From: Macrostomum lignano
Taxonomy: Eukaryota
Assembly (NCBI GenBank): GCA_002269645.1
Contig: NIVC01001195.1
Location: forward strand, 248,001 to 312,000
Direction: 5' to 3'
DNA length: 64,000 nt
The position numbers were made by a program, and so were the translations under genes. This document shows, piece by piece, positions 36,901 through 48,063 of the stretch. Position 1 is the first letter of the stretch; every line of letters starts with the position of its first letter. The notes under the pieces were generated by a model that searched no databases, was not told where the DNA came from, and worked only from the letters and a program-made list of their open reading frames with translations.

Positions 36901-37186
36901 GGCAGTTGACTCAACTGTAAGTCATGGGGGTGGGGCAGTTGACCTACATGATTGAGTATTCCAATGCTTCAGCTTGTTAGTTTTAGCGGCACAGCTGAGT
37001 ACAGCTATACCTGTCCATAAATGTTCATCAAGGACTTCAGACACAACATTATAATTGACAGTACGTTTGAATTTGTAAGGCTGATTACACGAAGCAGAAA
37101 TTTTTCTTTGCCTTGGACCCAGATATCAGCTGCTTGGTTCTTCATCATCCAGTGTGCAGACGAGCCTCAACAAGTTCCTTCAAAAT

Positions 37187-40100
37187 CTACTTCAACTTTT
37201 TCAGCGACTTCAGCCGTTTCAGGTTGGTCTTCAGCAGGTTGATATCTCGCGACAAGGTCGAAAGATCCAGGACGATGACCAGAACGCTGAACATGACTAG
37301 GATGATGATGACCACGGCGCCGATGCTCTGAGCGCTGTCCGCCTCTTTGGCCGGTGGTACATAGTGCTTCCTGCCGGCCAGGTCCAAGTTCGCCGTTTTC
37401 TCTGTGAATTATAGGTGGGGAGGGGACATCCGGGTTGTAGGTGGGGACATTCGGGTTGTGGGTGGGGACATCCAGGTTGTTAGTAGGGACATCCAGGTTG
37501 TTAGTAGGGACATCCGGGTTGTGGGTGGGGACATTCGGGTTGTGGGTGTGGACATTCGGGTTGTGGGTGGGGACATTCGGGTTGTGGGTGGGGACATCCG
37601 GGTTGTAGGTGGGGACATCCGGTTGTAGGTGGGGACATCCGGTTGTGGGTGGGGACATCCGGGTTGTGGGTGGGGACATTCGGGTTGTAGGTGGGGACAT
37701 CCGGTTGTGGGTGGGGACATCCGGGTTGTCAGTGGGGACATCCGGGTTGTTAGTGGGGACATCCCGGTTGTAGGTGGGGACATCCAGGTTGTAGGTGGGG
37801 ACATCCGAGTTGTAGGTGTTAAAATCCGGGTTGTAATAGAGTGCATGTAACATTTAACTGCTTGAATGTGATTGAGCGAGTAGCACAAAACATTAAATGC
37901 GTTGTAGAGTATATCGCAGGTCCACTAAATGAGCTCCTTACGGATGCAGCTGGGCAGCTGGGTGATGTTCCACGTGCCGTCGCTCTTGCAGTAGGCGATC
38001 GGCTCTCCAACGCCCGTGTCGGAGGTTTCGGTGCACTGGAAGGCTATCACGGAAGCGTACGGGTACTCGTCCGGGATGTTGACTGCAGCTGCTTCCACAG
38101 TTACGCGAGTGCCGTTGCCAAACTCGATGGTGACGTTGTTTTTAAAGCTCTTTGTCTTGATCAGGGTGCTGGCGTCGGTGCTGCGAGGCATCAGAGTGTC
38201 TGACAGACAGCTGACGGCTGCAGGACGTGGATGGAATTTTGCTTATTTGACTACTTTTTGACTAAAGGCAAAATTTTCACCAGAACTACTTTATTCAGTG
38301 ACTGGGAACTCTTGCCCCCTAGCAAAAAATATACAAAGGACTTGCTTAAGAAATTCCGTCAACTTGAGCAAAGGCTACTCAATAAAAATATTTATTGGCT
38401 TAACTGGGTGTTTTATGTTTTCATTGTGTTTTCATAGCTCTATAATAGCCCATCAATCGTGGCCTGTTCATCCAGATGTGTGCATCATGCACTAGCTTAC
38501 GCTTGCAGTTGATGGTCTTCAAATTGTTGAGGTCGGTGCCGTAGATGCCGATCCACTGGCCGCTGATGAGGCTGCCGTTGCTCAGGTCGCACTTGATTAT
38601 CTTGTCGAACTGCCTGTCCTCGAAGAAGTAGCCGGCCTGCTTGCACTTGATGCTCACCTGGTTGGGATAGTAGGGGAAGCTGGACAGCTGGAATTCGCCG
38701 TACTCTCGCGAGTCCTCGCGGTTGTAAGCTTTGTACGAGATTGAGTTCGGGTTGATCACGTTCATGATGGGCTCGCACTTCACGGCTGGAATGAATTGCA
38801 GTTGAGTGCATCATGACTCGCACATTTAAAAGCTGACAATGACCTTCCCGTCTGTCTTTCACTTGGTTTGGCCAAATCCAGTTTAATGGGGTGTAGCATA
38901 TCTGAGCTTTCGATGACACTCACCGGTGCAAGTGTTGAGGTCCGGCGGCTGCCATTCGCCCATGGTCTTGTCTATCCAGTTCTGGCCGCAGGCGACGCTG
39001 CTGCGCACGCTGGACAGGTTTGTGTAGGACACGTAGCCTCTGCTGCAGTTCACTGTAAAGCTGTCCGTGTAGTTGTAGAAGTTCGAGGTCAATACGGACT
39101 CGTACGGCTTCACGTGGGGAATCTTCAGGTCCGTCTTCAGCATGGTGGCGTTGCAGCGAATGGCTGCGGTTTTACAGGGGTGGCGGTTTTGGTTAGCTGA
39201 CGCTTAAGGCAAACCAGCTATTTGTGAGTTCACGCTCATTCCGCTGACCCCCGAGCACGTACGCAAGGAAAAATTCACGCAGGGTGTACAGCGGCACTGT
39301 CTTTCTTTTCGCTAGCCAAATATGTGCAAGGGGATCGCAAAGAGATACGAGTTTGTCGCTTTTTGCAAGCTGGTGCTGGCGCCCCAACGATGCGCCCCTT
39401 CCAAATAAAAAATCCTGGCTATGACCCTGCGACCTACACAAGTAATTAATCTTTAGGTCTCAACACGAAGTCACAGTAGCACAATAACTCATATGTAAAT
39501 GCTACTCACGGTTGCACACCTCGATGACATTGCTGGCAAAAGATCCGTCAGCGAAGCAGTAGATCTGGTTGGCTCTCAAGCCATCGGCCGTGACCGGATA
39601 GGACACCTTGGCCGTGAGGCTGTCGCTGGCCCGGTAGAAGCCCGGCCGGCACTGCACATTCATCAGCTGGCCGTAGTTGGCGGTGTCAGGGTAGAACTCC
39701 ACGCCGTAGCTCGTGTTGGCCAGGCGCATCGTCAGGCTGTTGTACCGGGAGGCCAGTGACGTACTGGGGTTGCACGTGGCCGCTGATCGGGTTTAAAAAA
39801 GATTTATTAAAATAACAATACACTCGTACTAGCGGATCGTTTATCACGAGTGTTGTGTACGGCACACTAATATGTTTTTTTCATGTCATTTGCTCGTTAA
39901 ACTTTGAACGCATGTAAAAGAATCCCTCTTGCGGTGACCAACTGACTGACCTTCATTTTAAGTCTCTAAATCTGCATCCAATAGTCGCCTTGCCTTTAAC
40001 TTGCTGCGACACGAACTCACCCGCCTCACGAAAGATTCGCTTCCAACTAACTTCTCGCTACTCGATACTCGTAGTAGCTCGCAGGCGATCTCTTAATGTT

Positions 40101-43100
40101 AAGAAACCGGTACTGGCCTAGGTAAAGTGGTAGCCTTTGCCGTCAGATATCTTCTAAAGCGGACTCTCGGCAAACTCATTCACTTGAGAAGCTCTTTCCA
40201 GCCAGCTTACAGCAGCAGTCACAGGGACCCCTCTTGCCTGTGCCTCACTGCAGTTAGCTAGCGCTCCCTCTATCACCCCTTACGAGTACGATGATATTTA
40301 GGACAAAAAATGATATTTAGGACAAGCGAAAAATTCTTAGCGAGAAATTCGTCGATCGACGATTCTCATACTAGCGTAGACCCATTGTGAGTTTCTTCTA
40401 TTCTTTTGTCCTGCTTCCCAGGTGCCTACTAGGTCTCACTACTGGTCTCACCAGATTTCTCGCAGAACACAGCGAGCAGGGCCCCGCAGTCGGCCTTCCG
40501 CAGTCCGGTACTCTGGCTCCACTCGGCGTTATCCGCGCTGAACGTGACGGTGAAGAACGCGCAGCTGCCGCTCTGCGTAGCGCCGCCGCTAGGGTCCCAG
40601 GACGAGTTCTTGACAGTCAGGCCGCTTGTTTGCCATTGCCAGGTGCCTCCTGCGATAGTGTTGGAAGAAGTTCTTAGCGCTTGAAAAGCCGCTTTTGTTT
40701 ACATTGGCTGGTCTTTGACAATAGATTTAGTTGGCGTGACAATGTAGACATGCAAAAATGACAGTTTTTGGTTTCGGTTTTACCGACAGCTCAGCCGCAG
40801 TTATTGCGCAGCGCATCACAAGGATTTTTCAGGCCGTTTTTCAGTTTTCCAGGCCGCTGCCTGGCTATTTCTGTGAGCATTTTTTGCAGTACACCTTCGT
40901 AATGGGCTCTATTGATAGGCGCAGCTCTTCTAGGAAGTCGATTTAGATGCCTTCCTATGCATCCCAGAAAACGGTCGCCATGACTTTGGCCATGAAGTGC
41001 TCAGCTCGGAACTTCTTTTGACCCGACGGATCCTTGAGGCAGCCACTCCTTTAACTGGAGTTTTACTAAGAATGGTCTTGGTAGATCCAAATCTCATCTA
41101 CGTTTTAGATCATGCATGGAGTCTGTAGTAATTTATACTTAAGACCCAAAAGCAAAAAGTAACTTTTCTATCCCCAGGGCATAGAAAAGTAACTTTCTCT
41201 ACGCACCATCGTTGACAGCGTCAGTCCAGATGCTGCTCCCGGTGGCCTCGGTCTTGATGCAGTAACGAAAGAAGTCCAGCGACTCGGCTCGGCTGTCCAG
41301 CTGAATGAGCCGAGCAGCGGCATCACTGCAGACGCTTTTAGCCTCCGACTGGTTCACCGCCAGGGCGTTGCTGATCCGCTTGTAGCATTTGCCGGACAGC
41401 GGGTAGTAGTTCCAGCTGGCGTCGCCGCAGGCGTCCATCACGTTGGGAGCAAGAGCACTCGAAGCTGCCGAAATGCCTGCCAGCGATTAAGGGAAATTCG
41501 AGTCTGGGAGTTTTTGTCGCTGAATCTTAAAGCTTCTAGGGTCTATTCTAATGGTGCAGGCATGATCCAAATCCAGATGAACTCACTCAACAACATCTAA
41601 GGACGGAATAAGTATAAAATACTTTCTGTGGCAATCAACCGACCAAATAACTTCTATGAACTGTTCTTTGCGCCGCCTGAGGCACTCAAAAGCTGGACCC
41701 CTACTGCCCCTGAGCCACTCTTAGGAGCAGCTCACACCTGCCCTTCGAGCCAATCTTAGGAGCAGCTCACACCTCCCCTGAGCCACTCTTAGGAGCAGCT
41801 CACACCGCCCCTAAGCCACTCTTAGGAGGCAGCTCACAGCTCCCCTGAGCCACTCTTAGGAGCAGCTCACAGCTCCCCTGAGCCACTCTTAGGAACAGCT
41901 CATGCCTCCCCTGAGCCACTCTTAGGAACAGCTCATGCCTCCCCTGAGCCACTCATAGGAACAGCTCATGCCTCCCCTGAGCCACTCTTAGGAACAGCTC
42001 ATGCCTCCCCTGAGCCACTCTTAGGAACAGCTCATGCCTCCCCTGAGCCACTCATAGGAACAGCTCATGCCTCCCCTGAGCCACTCTTAGGAACAGCTCA
42101 TGCCTCCCCTGAGCCACTCATAGGAACAGCTCATGCCTCCCCTGAGCCACTCATAGGAGCAGCTCACACCGCCCCTGGGCCACTCTTAGGAGCAGCTCAC
42201 ACCGCCCCTTAGCCACTCTCAGGAGCAGCTCATACCGCCCCTGGGCCACTCTTAGGAGCAGCTCACACCGCCCTTTAGCCACTCTCAGGAGCAGCTCACA
42301 CCTCCCCTGAGCCACTCATAGGAGCAGCTCATACCGCCCCTTAGCCACTCTCAGGAGCAGCTCATACCGCCCCTGGGCCACTCATAGGAGCAGCTCATAC
42401 CGCCCCTTAGCCACTCTCAGGAGCAGCTCACACCGCCCCTGGGCCACTCTTAGGAGCAGCTCACACCGCCCCTGGGGCACTCTACCCAGTGACAAGCTCT
42501 ACCTAGGCACTCAGTTTAACCACCTGTGCACTTGCATAGTTTTCCCATGCAAATGTGTATTATACTCGCATCCCCAAGTGGCTATTGTAGAATCTTCACA
42601 CAACTGTTTCTGCAAGCAACTCACTTGATTCTACTAGGAGAAGACAATAGCTGTTTTGTAGAGACAAAAGGTGTGAATTGTTGGATTTGCTGAGAACTGA
42701 GAACTTGCCTGTTTAGTTGGCTTGTCTACTCCATATCTCTGCCCCTGCTCGGCATGCAGTGCAAGCAGTAGCTATCGATCTACGTGATGTTGGGTGAGAG
42801 CTTGCCCTCAGCATCTGTTCTGGAGATTTTACCTGTTGCTAGGAGAGTTATTGAGCACCTGCCATTGTATCCACAGTTTAGATGTGTAGTTTGCGACACT
42901 CGTTCTTTTTACACATGCATGAATGATGCGCGCTATGCAGATGTCGGGGGCGTAGCTAAACTCAAATGAAATCAACCCCCTCCCAAAAAAGATACCCTGC
43001 TTTAATAAAAGCTCCTGTCTAACATCTTTGCCAAATGTACGTATTTCCATTGCCCTTTACATGTACGAGCGTAGTTAGGGTTCGATTTCAATGGATCTTT

Positions 43101-43307
43101 CAAGCCCGAATACCACAGCAGCCATGTTTCATTACTTTCACTCTGTTTCTGAGCAATCATAGTACGTGTATTCTACGAGCGTAAAAGTGCTAGTAGTCAC
43201 TAATTATTGGCTATAATCTTATTAGAGGCTACACAAAATCACCGGTGCCACTTACAGATGAGCAGAAAACAGAAGGCCGCGCTGGTTACGATGCCCTGTG
43301 CTAGCAT
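37187..43307 (-). CDS. Type I membrane protein: signal peptide, C-type lectin-like domain, four sushi/CCP-like modules, TM, short basic tail (selectin/furrowed-like), ~602 aa
   Basis: Exons (minus): 43307-43256 (MLAQGIVTSAAFCFLLI), 41476-41207, 40649-40452, 39782-39510, 39163-38924, 38785-38501, 38217-37942, 37401-37187, all introns phase 1. CTLD signatures W..Y..SGKCYKR, SEAKSVC, IWTD, WQW, DC..AVFCE. CCP-like C..G(F/Y)..C..G.W..C modules. TM SIGAVVIIILVMFSVLVIVL. Confidence 0.85.
37410..37830. repeat. 21-nt minisatellite in the last intron of the lectin gene
   Basis: unit gtggggacatccgggttgtag/gg. Confidence 0.95.
41705..42480. repeat. 33-nt minisatellite in lectin gene intron 1
   Basis: unit ctcccctgagccactcttaggaacagctcatgc. 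Confidence 0.95.
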
Positions 43308-44313
43308 TCTCGTTTTTCTAGAAAGTCAAATCGTCCGAGCTTTGTAGAGTTTTGCTTCTCCGTAAAGCTGCTATCGAGAAATAGAGACGGCCCAGGAGAG
43401 AGTCAGGTGGAGGAATCGGCTTAAAAGCCCCCCGGCTGAGCAGGCCGCCGGCCGAGGCAGGCCGACCGATTGTGGGGGGATATTCTCGTTGTCAAGGAGA
43501 CTCAGAGACAAAAGAAACACAACAGCAAAAACCGTGTAGCCAGAATTGAGCTCCCCACCCCCCCCCAATCATTCCAGGCTCCCAAATCCTTCCCGGCCAG
43601 CTCAATCCTACTCCATCTGCTGCAACTCATCCCGTCCTGCAGCATCCCAAATCCCACATCTCGGGCAAATTGGGGGAGGGCAACAGCCACCCGCCAGGAC
43701 GAAGGACGAAACTGCATCAGAATTTCGGGTGTTCCAGCTTCCGAGCCGTGTCCCCGCTCACCCGCTCCGCCCCCAGAATTCTCTTCTCCGCTTTGTTCTT
43801 TGGCTTTTTTCACTCTGCCTGCAGCAGCCGCTCAGGCATGACTGTTGCTCAGTCTGGCTTTCTTTCGCAAATATTGGAGGCCGAGGCGGGGTTTTGGCCG
43901 GGCGCTGGATCGACAGAAACATTTATGGGGGGGGGGGGAATCGCGCATTCTGCTGCAGATTCGTGAGCTACATGCATACATAGTTTCCACTGAGACGAGC
44001 GATGAAGCGCAGGGGCAGAGAGAGAGAGAGCTGATGTCTGGGCTGGCATGGCTTAGCAATTACCCTCCTTCTGCATACGGGTTGCTACGCTCCCGAGGGC
44101 CTACTGCAGGCGGGTCGATCGCTCAAACACCTGCTGCCAGTTCTCGCGCAAACAACCTCTCAGGCGGTTCGGCTCAGCTGGAATTGGGAGACACGGCAGC
44201 TGTAGAGACAAGTTCATAGACTTGCTTTCCCTAAAATCATCAGAGTGAGGCGGAAGGCCTTATAGTTTCAATAGATGGAGTGGCAGCGAAGAGTTTGTGC
44301 TGCTTTGCGCGTG

Positions 44314-44389
44314 TATTTATATGAGATTTACAAACAACGCCAGATTGAGGGGCCAAGGGAGGTGCGAAAAGGTGGCATGGCGTGATTGG
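44314..44389 (-). promoter_or_regulatory. CCAAT and TATA boxes in the LTR (copied in the other LTR)
   Basis: minus-strand CCAAT at 44389-44385 and TATAAATA at 44321-44314. Confidence 0.55.
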
Positions 44390-44589
44390 CTACGCCAACC
44401 CCCCCGGCTTAGCGAGCCGGCTAGTTTGGCGCGTACCCACCCCACCTCAGCTAGACAGAGGCGGGGGGGGGGTTTCCAGTGCGGCTGCACTGGTGCTGCC
44501 GGTCGCGTAGTCTGGCCGCCACACAGCTCCCCCCAGCACCGAGCTAGGCCCCGAACGTCGGGTGGTAGCCGAGGCAGCGAGAGCGCCGA

Positions 44590-45065
44590 GGAGCGGGCGC
44601 CGAAGGCGGCGGGGGCGCGAGGCGGGCGCCGAAGGCAGCAGAGCGCCGATGGCAGCAGGTCGCCGAGCGGGCGCCGATGGCAGCAGAGCGCCGATGGCAG
44701 CAGGTCGCCGAGCGGTCGCCGGGCGGGCGCCGAAAGCAGCAGGGCGCCAGGCGGGCGCCGAAGGCAGCAGGGCGCCAGGCGGGCGCCGAAGGCAGCAGCA
44801 GGGCGCCAGGCGGGCGCCGAAGGCAGCAGCAGGGCGCCAGGCGGGCGCCGAAGGCGGCAGGGGCGCGAGGCGGGCGCCGAAGGCAGCAGGGCGCCAGGCG
44901 GGCGCCGAAAGCAGCAGGGCGCCAGGCGGGCGCCGAAGGCAGCAGAACGCCAGGCGGGCGCCGAAGACAGCAGGGCGCCAGGCGGGCGCCGATAGCAGCA
45001 GGGCGCCAGGCGGGCGCCGATGGCAGCAGGGCGCCAGGTGGGCGCCGAAGGCAGCAGGGGCGCGC
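44590..45065. repeat. 28-nt GC-rich minisatellite inside the TRIM
   Basis: unit gcagcagggcgccaggcgggcgccgaag. Confidence 0.92.
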
Positions 45066-47823
45066 GGCCGTACCACACCAGAGGCAATCGACAGTCAGTT
45101 GCCGCCGTGAGCCGGATCGATGCTCCTGCACAGAGGCTGGGGACGTTAGGCTAGCAGCAGCGGTGCTAACCTAGAAGTAGCTGCAGCGTGTGGCGCTGGT
45201 TGGTCCAACGCGGGGGCCGAAAGGCGAGACCCCAGGAGCTACCGGGGGGCGGGCTGACTGGGCCGATTCGTGCTGCTGGGCTGCGGTGCTGCTGGGCTGC
45301 GGTGCTGCTGTGCTGCGGTGCTGCGGTGCTGCGGTGCTGCTGTTGCAGTCGGCCAAGGCGGTTGGCTGCCAGGACCGCACAGGGCCGACCAGGTAGGCCC
45401 AGCGTTCCGCGCTGGGTGTCGGGCTCACCAATGAGGCGGAAGGCCTTATAGTTTCAATAGATGGAGTGGCAGCGAAGAGTTTGTGCTGCTTTGCGCGTGT
45501 ATTTATATGAGATTTACAAACAACGCCAGATTGAGGGGCCAAGGGAGGTGCGAAAAGGTGGCATGGCGTGATTGGCTACGCCAACCCCCCCGGCTTAGCG
45601 AGCCGGCTAGTTTGGCGCGTACCCACCCCACCTCAGCTAGACAGAGGCGGGGGGGTTTCCAGTGCGGCTGCACTGGTGCTGCCGGTCGCGTAGTCTGGCC
45701 GCCACAAGAGTTTATTTGTCAGACAAAAGTTCTTATAGCGTTATTCTGTAATGGAAAAACATGCATAGGGAGTTTCGCATAAACAGTAGCGTGAGTCATT
45801 TGCCCCAGGCACATCAAGCTGGCTGGGTGCAGTCGCCCCACCAGCCAGGCGTGCTGAAGCCTACGTGCGAACACACCCAAGCTCTCGATCCCGGTTGTGC
45901 ACCGCCACAATGTAAATGTAAAAGTAAAGCTGGATGCAAGTCAAAATTTTCGATGCGGCGCAGCCATGTGCACTTGCAGTGTGGGCTTGATTGTAAATTT
46001 AGTGAGCAATTCAAGGCTTTTTGGTACCAGTATCGAGGTATGGCATACAGTGTTGAAAATTCGGAAGAAATTTGAATGAAATTCGAATGCGTACATGTAT
46101 ACTGTACATGAGCATGCATCGATTGTAATTCATGCAACGTATAAGTAGGCAACGTAAAAATATAAGTGCTTCATGTAATATAAATTATTGTTATATGTGT
46201 TTGTATAACTAACACATGCATCAGGATTGTTTGTTACACCGGAACCAGTAACCATAGAATTTCATTGAGCACGCGTTCTTTGTGTTGTCCAAATTTTCAA
46301 AATCGGCTTTTACACGATTTTTTTGTATCGCTCGCTCGCTAGGTTCATCCAATCCATTATATGCACCAGTGACCAGTCACACCCATGAACCGATGAATAA
46401 CTTTTTCGCCACCAACTTAGCGTAGCTTAGGCCTAGCGAAAGTTTTTATCGCGATTTGGATTTTTTCGGAAGCAGATGCAAGCAAAATCAGAAGATAGCT
46501 TGTCTTATAATTTTGCAAGCTGCTTTTTTAATTGTTATTGAAATATAGTTAAATAGTATAGCATTAAATGACTAGATAATTAACTCTATCAATCATGTCT
46601 ATATCCTCAATGACTGTATTATAAGACCTACTCCTTCTGAAAGACAGCTGTTTTTTTATTCTGGATTAGGGCCTTTGCATCCTAAGGCTAAGGTGCTAAT
46701 AATATCTATTGTACTTATAACTTACAGTGGATCGTCTTGACTTTGGTTTGGTTGACAGGATTTTATTATTAGTTACCACTTAGCTTTGGTTTAGGATTTG
46801 AGGATAGCCTACAAGTATACAAGTTATAGGCCTAAGTAGATAATCTAATAATCTCTTGCTAATAACTCAAGGTTGAAGAGGATACTTTTTGGAATTGAGG
46901 CCTGAGCCAATGGGCCAAGTAAAGTGGACCTATCCAATATTAGGGTCAAAATTATTACATTTTGTTAAGATCTTCATGGGATCTACAACCCAAGGATTTT
47001 GGCCTTTTGGGATAGGCCCTAAGTTCTAAGTAGCTTGTTATTGAGATCATATACTTATCTAGTATCTATAAGTTTTGAATAGGGACCTAGCCTAGTATAT
47101 AGAGGATTGGATTATAGATATCATATTAGAATTTAGGGATTAGAGGTTATTTAGTAAGATCAGGATCCAAATTTTTTAAATATTTATAGCTTTGGTTGAC
47201 ATAAGATTTTATTAGTTAGCTTAGCTTAGTGTTTAAGGATTTAAGTATGAATAGTCACTAAACTCTAAAGTAGGCCCTAGGCCCTAGTATCTAAATTAAA
47301 TAGTGCATTTTAATCATAACATAAAATTTTTATTGGTAGGGATTATAAAATTTATGGCCTAGCCTAATTTTATATATAATATTTAAAAAATGTATTCTAC
47401 CCAAGAGTAAAGACCTATTATATAATCTTAACTATGATAATGAATAGATTTTGTATTTATAGCAATAATAAGCCTTTATGTTAATTTATAGGCCTATAAT
47501 AATCATTAGTTTATTATTTGTTAAACTTATTATGTTTTATACAATATAATATAAAACCTATAGTTGAATAGGCCTACTTTAATTAGTAGCTAGAAAGCTC
47601 TTCTAAAATCTATAATATGAATATTTTAATAAGGTTTACACCAAAAAAGCCTTTTGTAAAGTTGTGGGCTTCGTTTTTTTGCATCTAAGATGCAGCATTT
47701 TATTAGCATGACAAATTTTTGAGTCAATTTTAAAACTATTGTGTTAGATACATGTTTGTGTTTATAGTTTTAAAAATTTTAAACTTGAAATAGAGACAAT
47801 GGTTTAATGTGTATCAAATTGCA

Positions 47824-48063
47824 TCTTATATACTAAAAATGAAAATCTTACTTGCTTGCTTGCTTGCTTGTAATCAATTAGAGAAAAAATGGCTTAACCA
47901 ATTTTCATGAGACTTGCATTCATGAAACAAATACATTTATCTGGTGATTTGCTTTTTTATTAGTCATTATAACAAAGCCATTGGGAATTTAACAACACTA
48001 GTTAATGAAGACAAAGTCTTTTCGCCCCAGTGAGCTTTGGGGTTGGAATTTTATAATACCTAG
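47824..48063 (+). mobile_element. Short non-autonomous Helitron-like element
   Basis: A|TC 5' end (tcttatatactaaaaatgaaa), (CTTG)n tract, aatggcttaaccaattttcatga motif, hairpin cccca..tgggg at 48025-48042, CTAG|T 3' end at 48060-48063. Confidence 0.55.

Larger units (their letters stand above)
44246..45706 (-). mobile_element. Complete non-autonomous LTR retroelement (TRIM-like), 1461 bp
   Basis: LTRs 44246-44523 and 45432-45706, TG..CA, apparently identical except G-run length (10 vs 7). 4-bp TSD agag (44242-44245; 45707-45710). PBS TGGTGAGCCCGAC at 45430-45418, 1 nt from the LTR. PPT GGGGGGAG at 44534-44527. No gag/pol. Confidence 0.9.

Noticed and set aside
44297-45174. Arg/Ala/Gly-rich ORFs inside the LTR element as a possible gag
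   Set aside because: They derive from the 28-nt GC-rich array and have no zinc knuckle or capsid motif.
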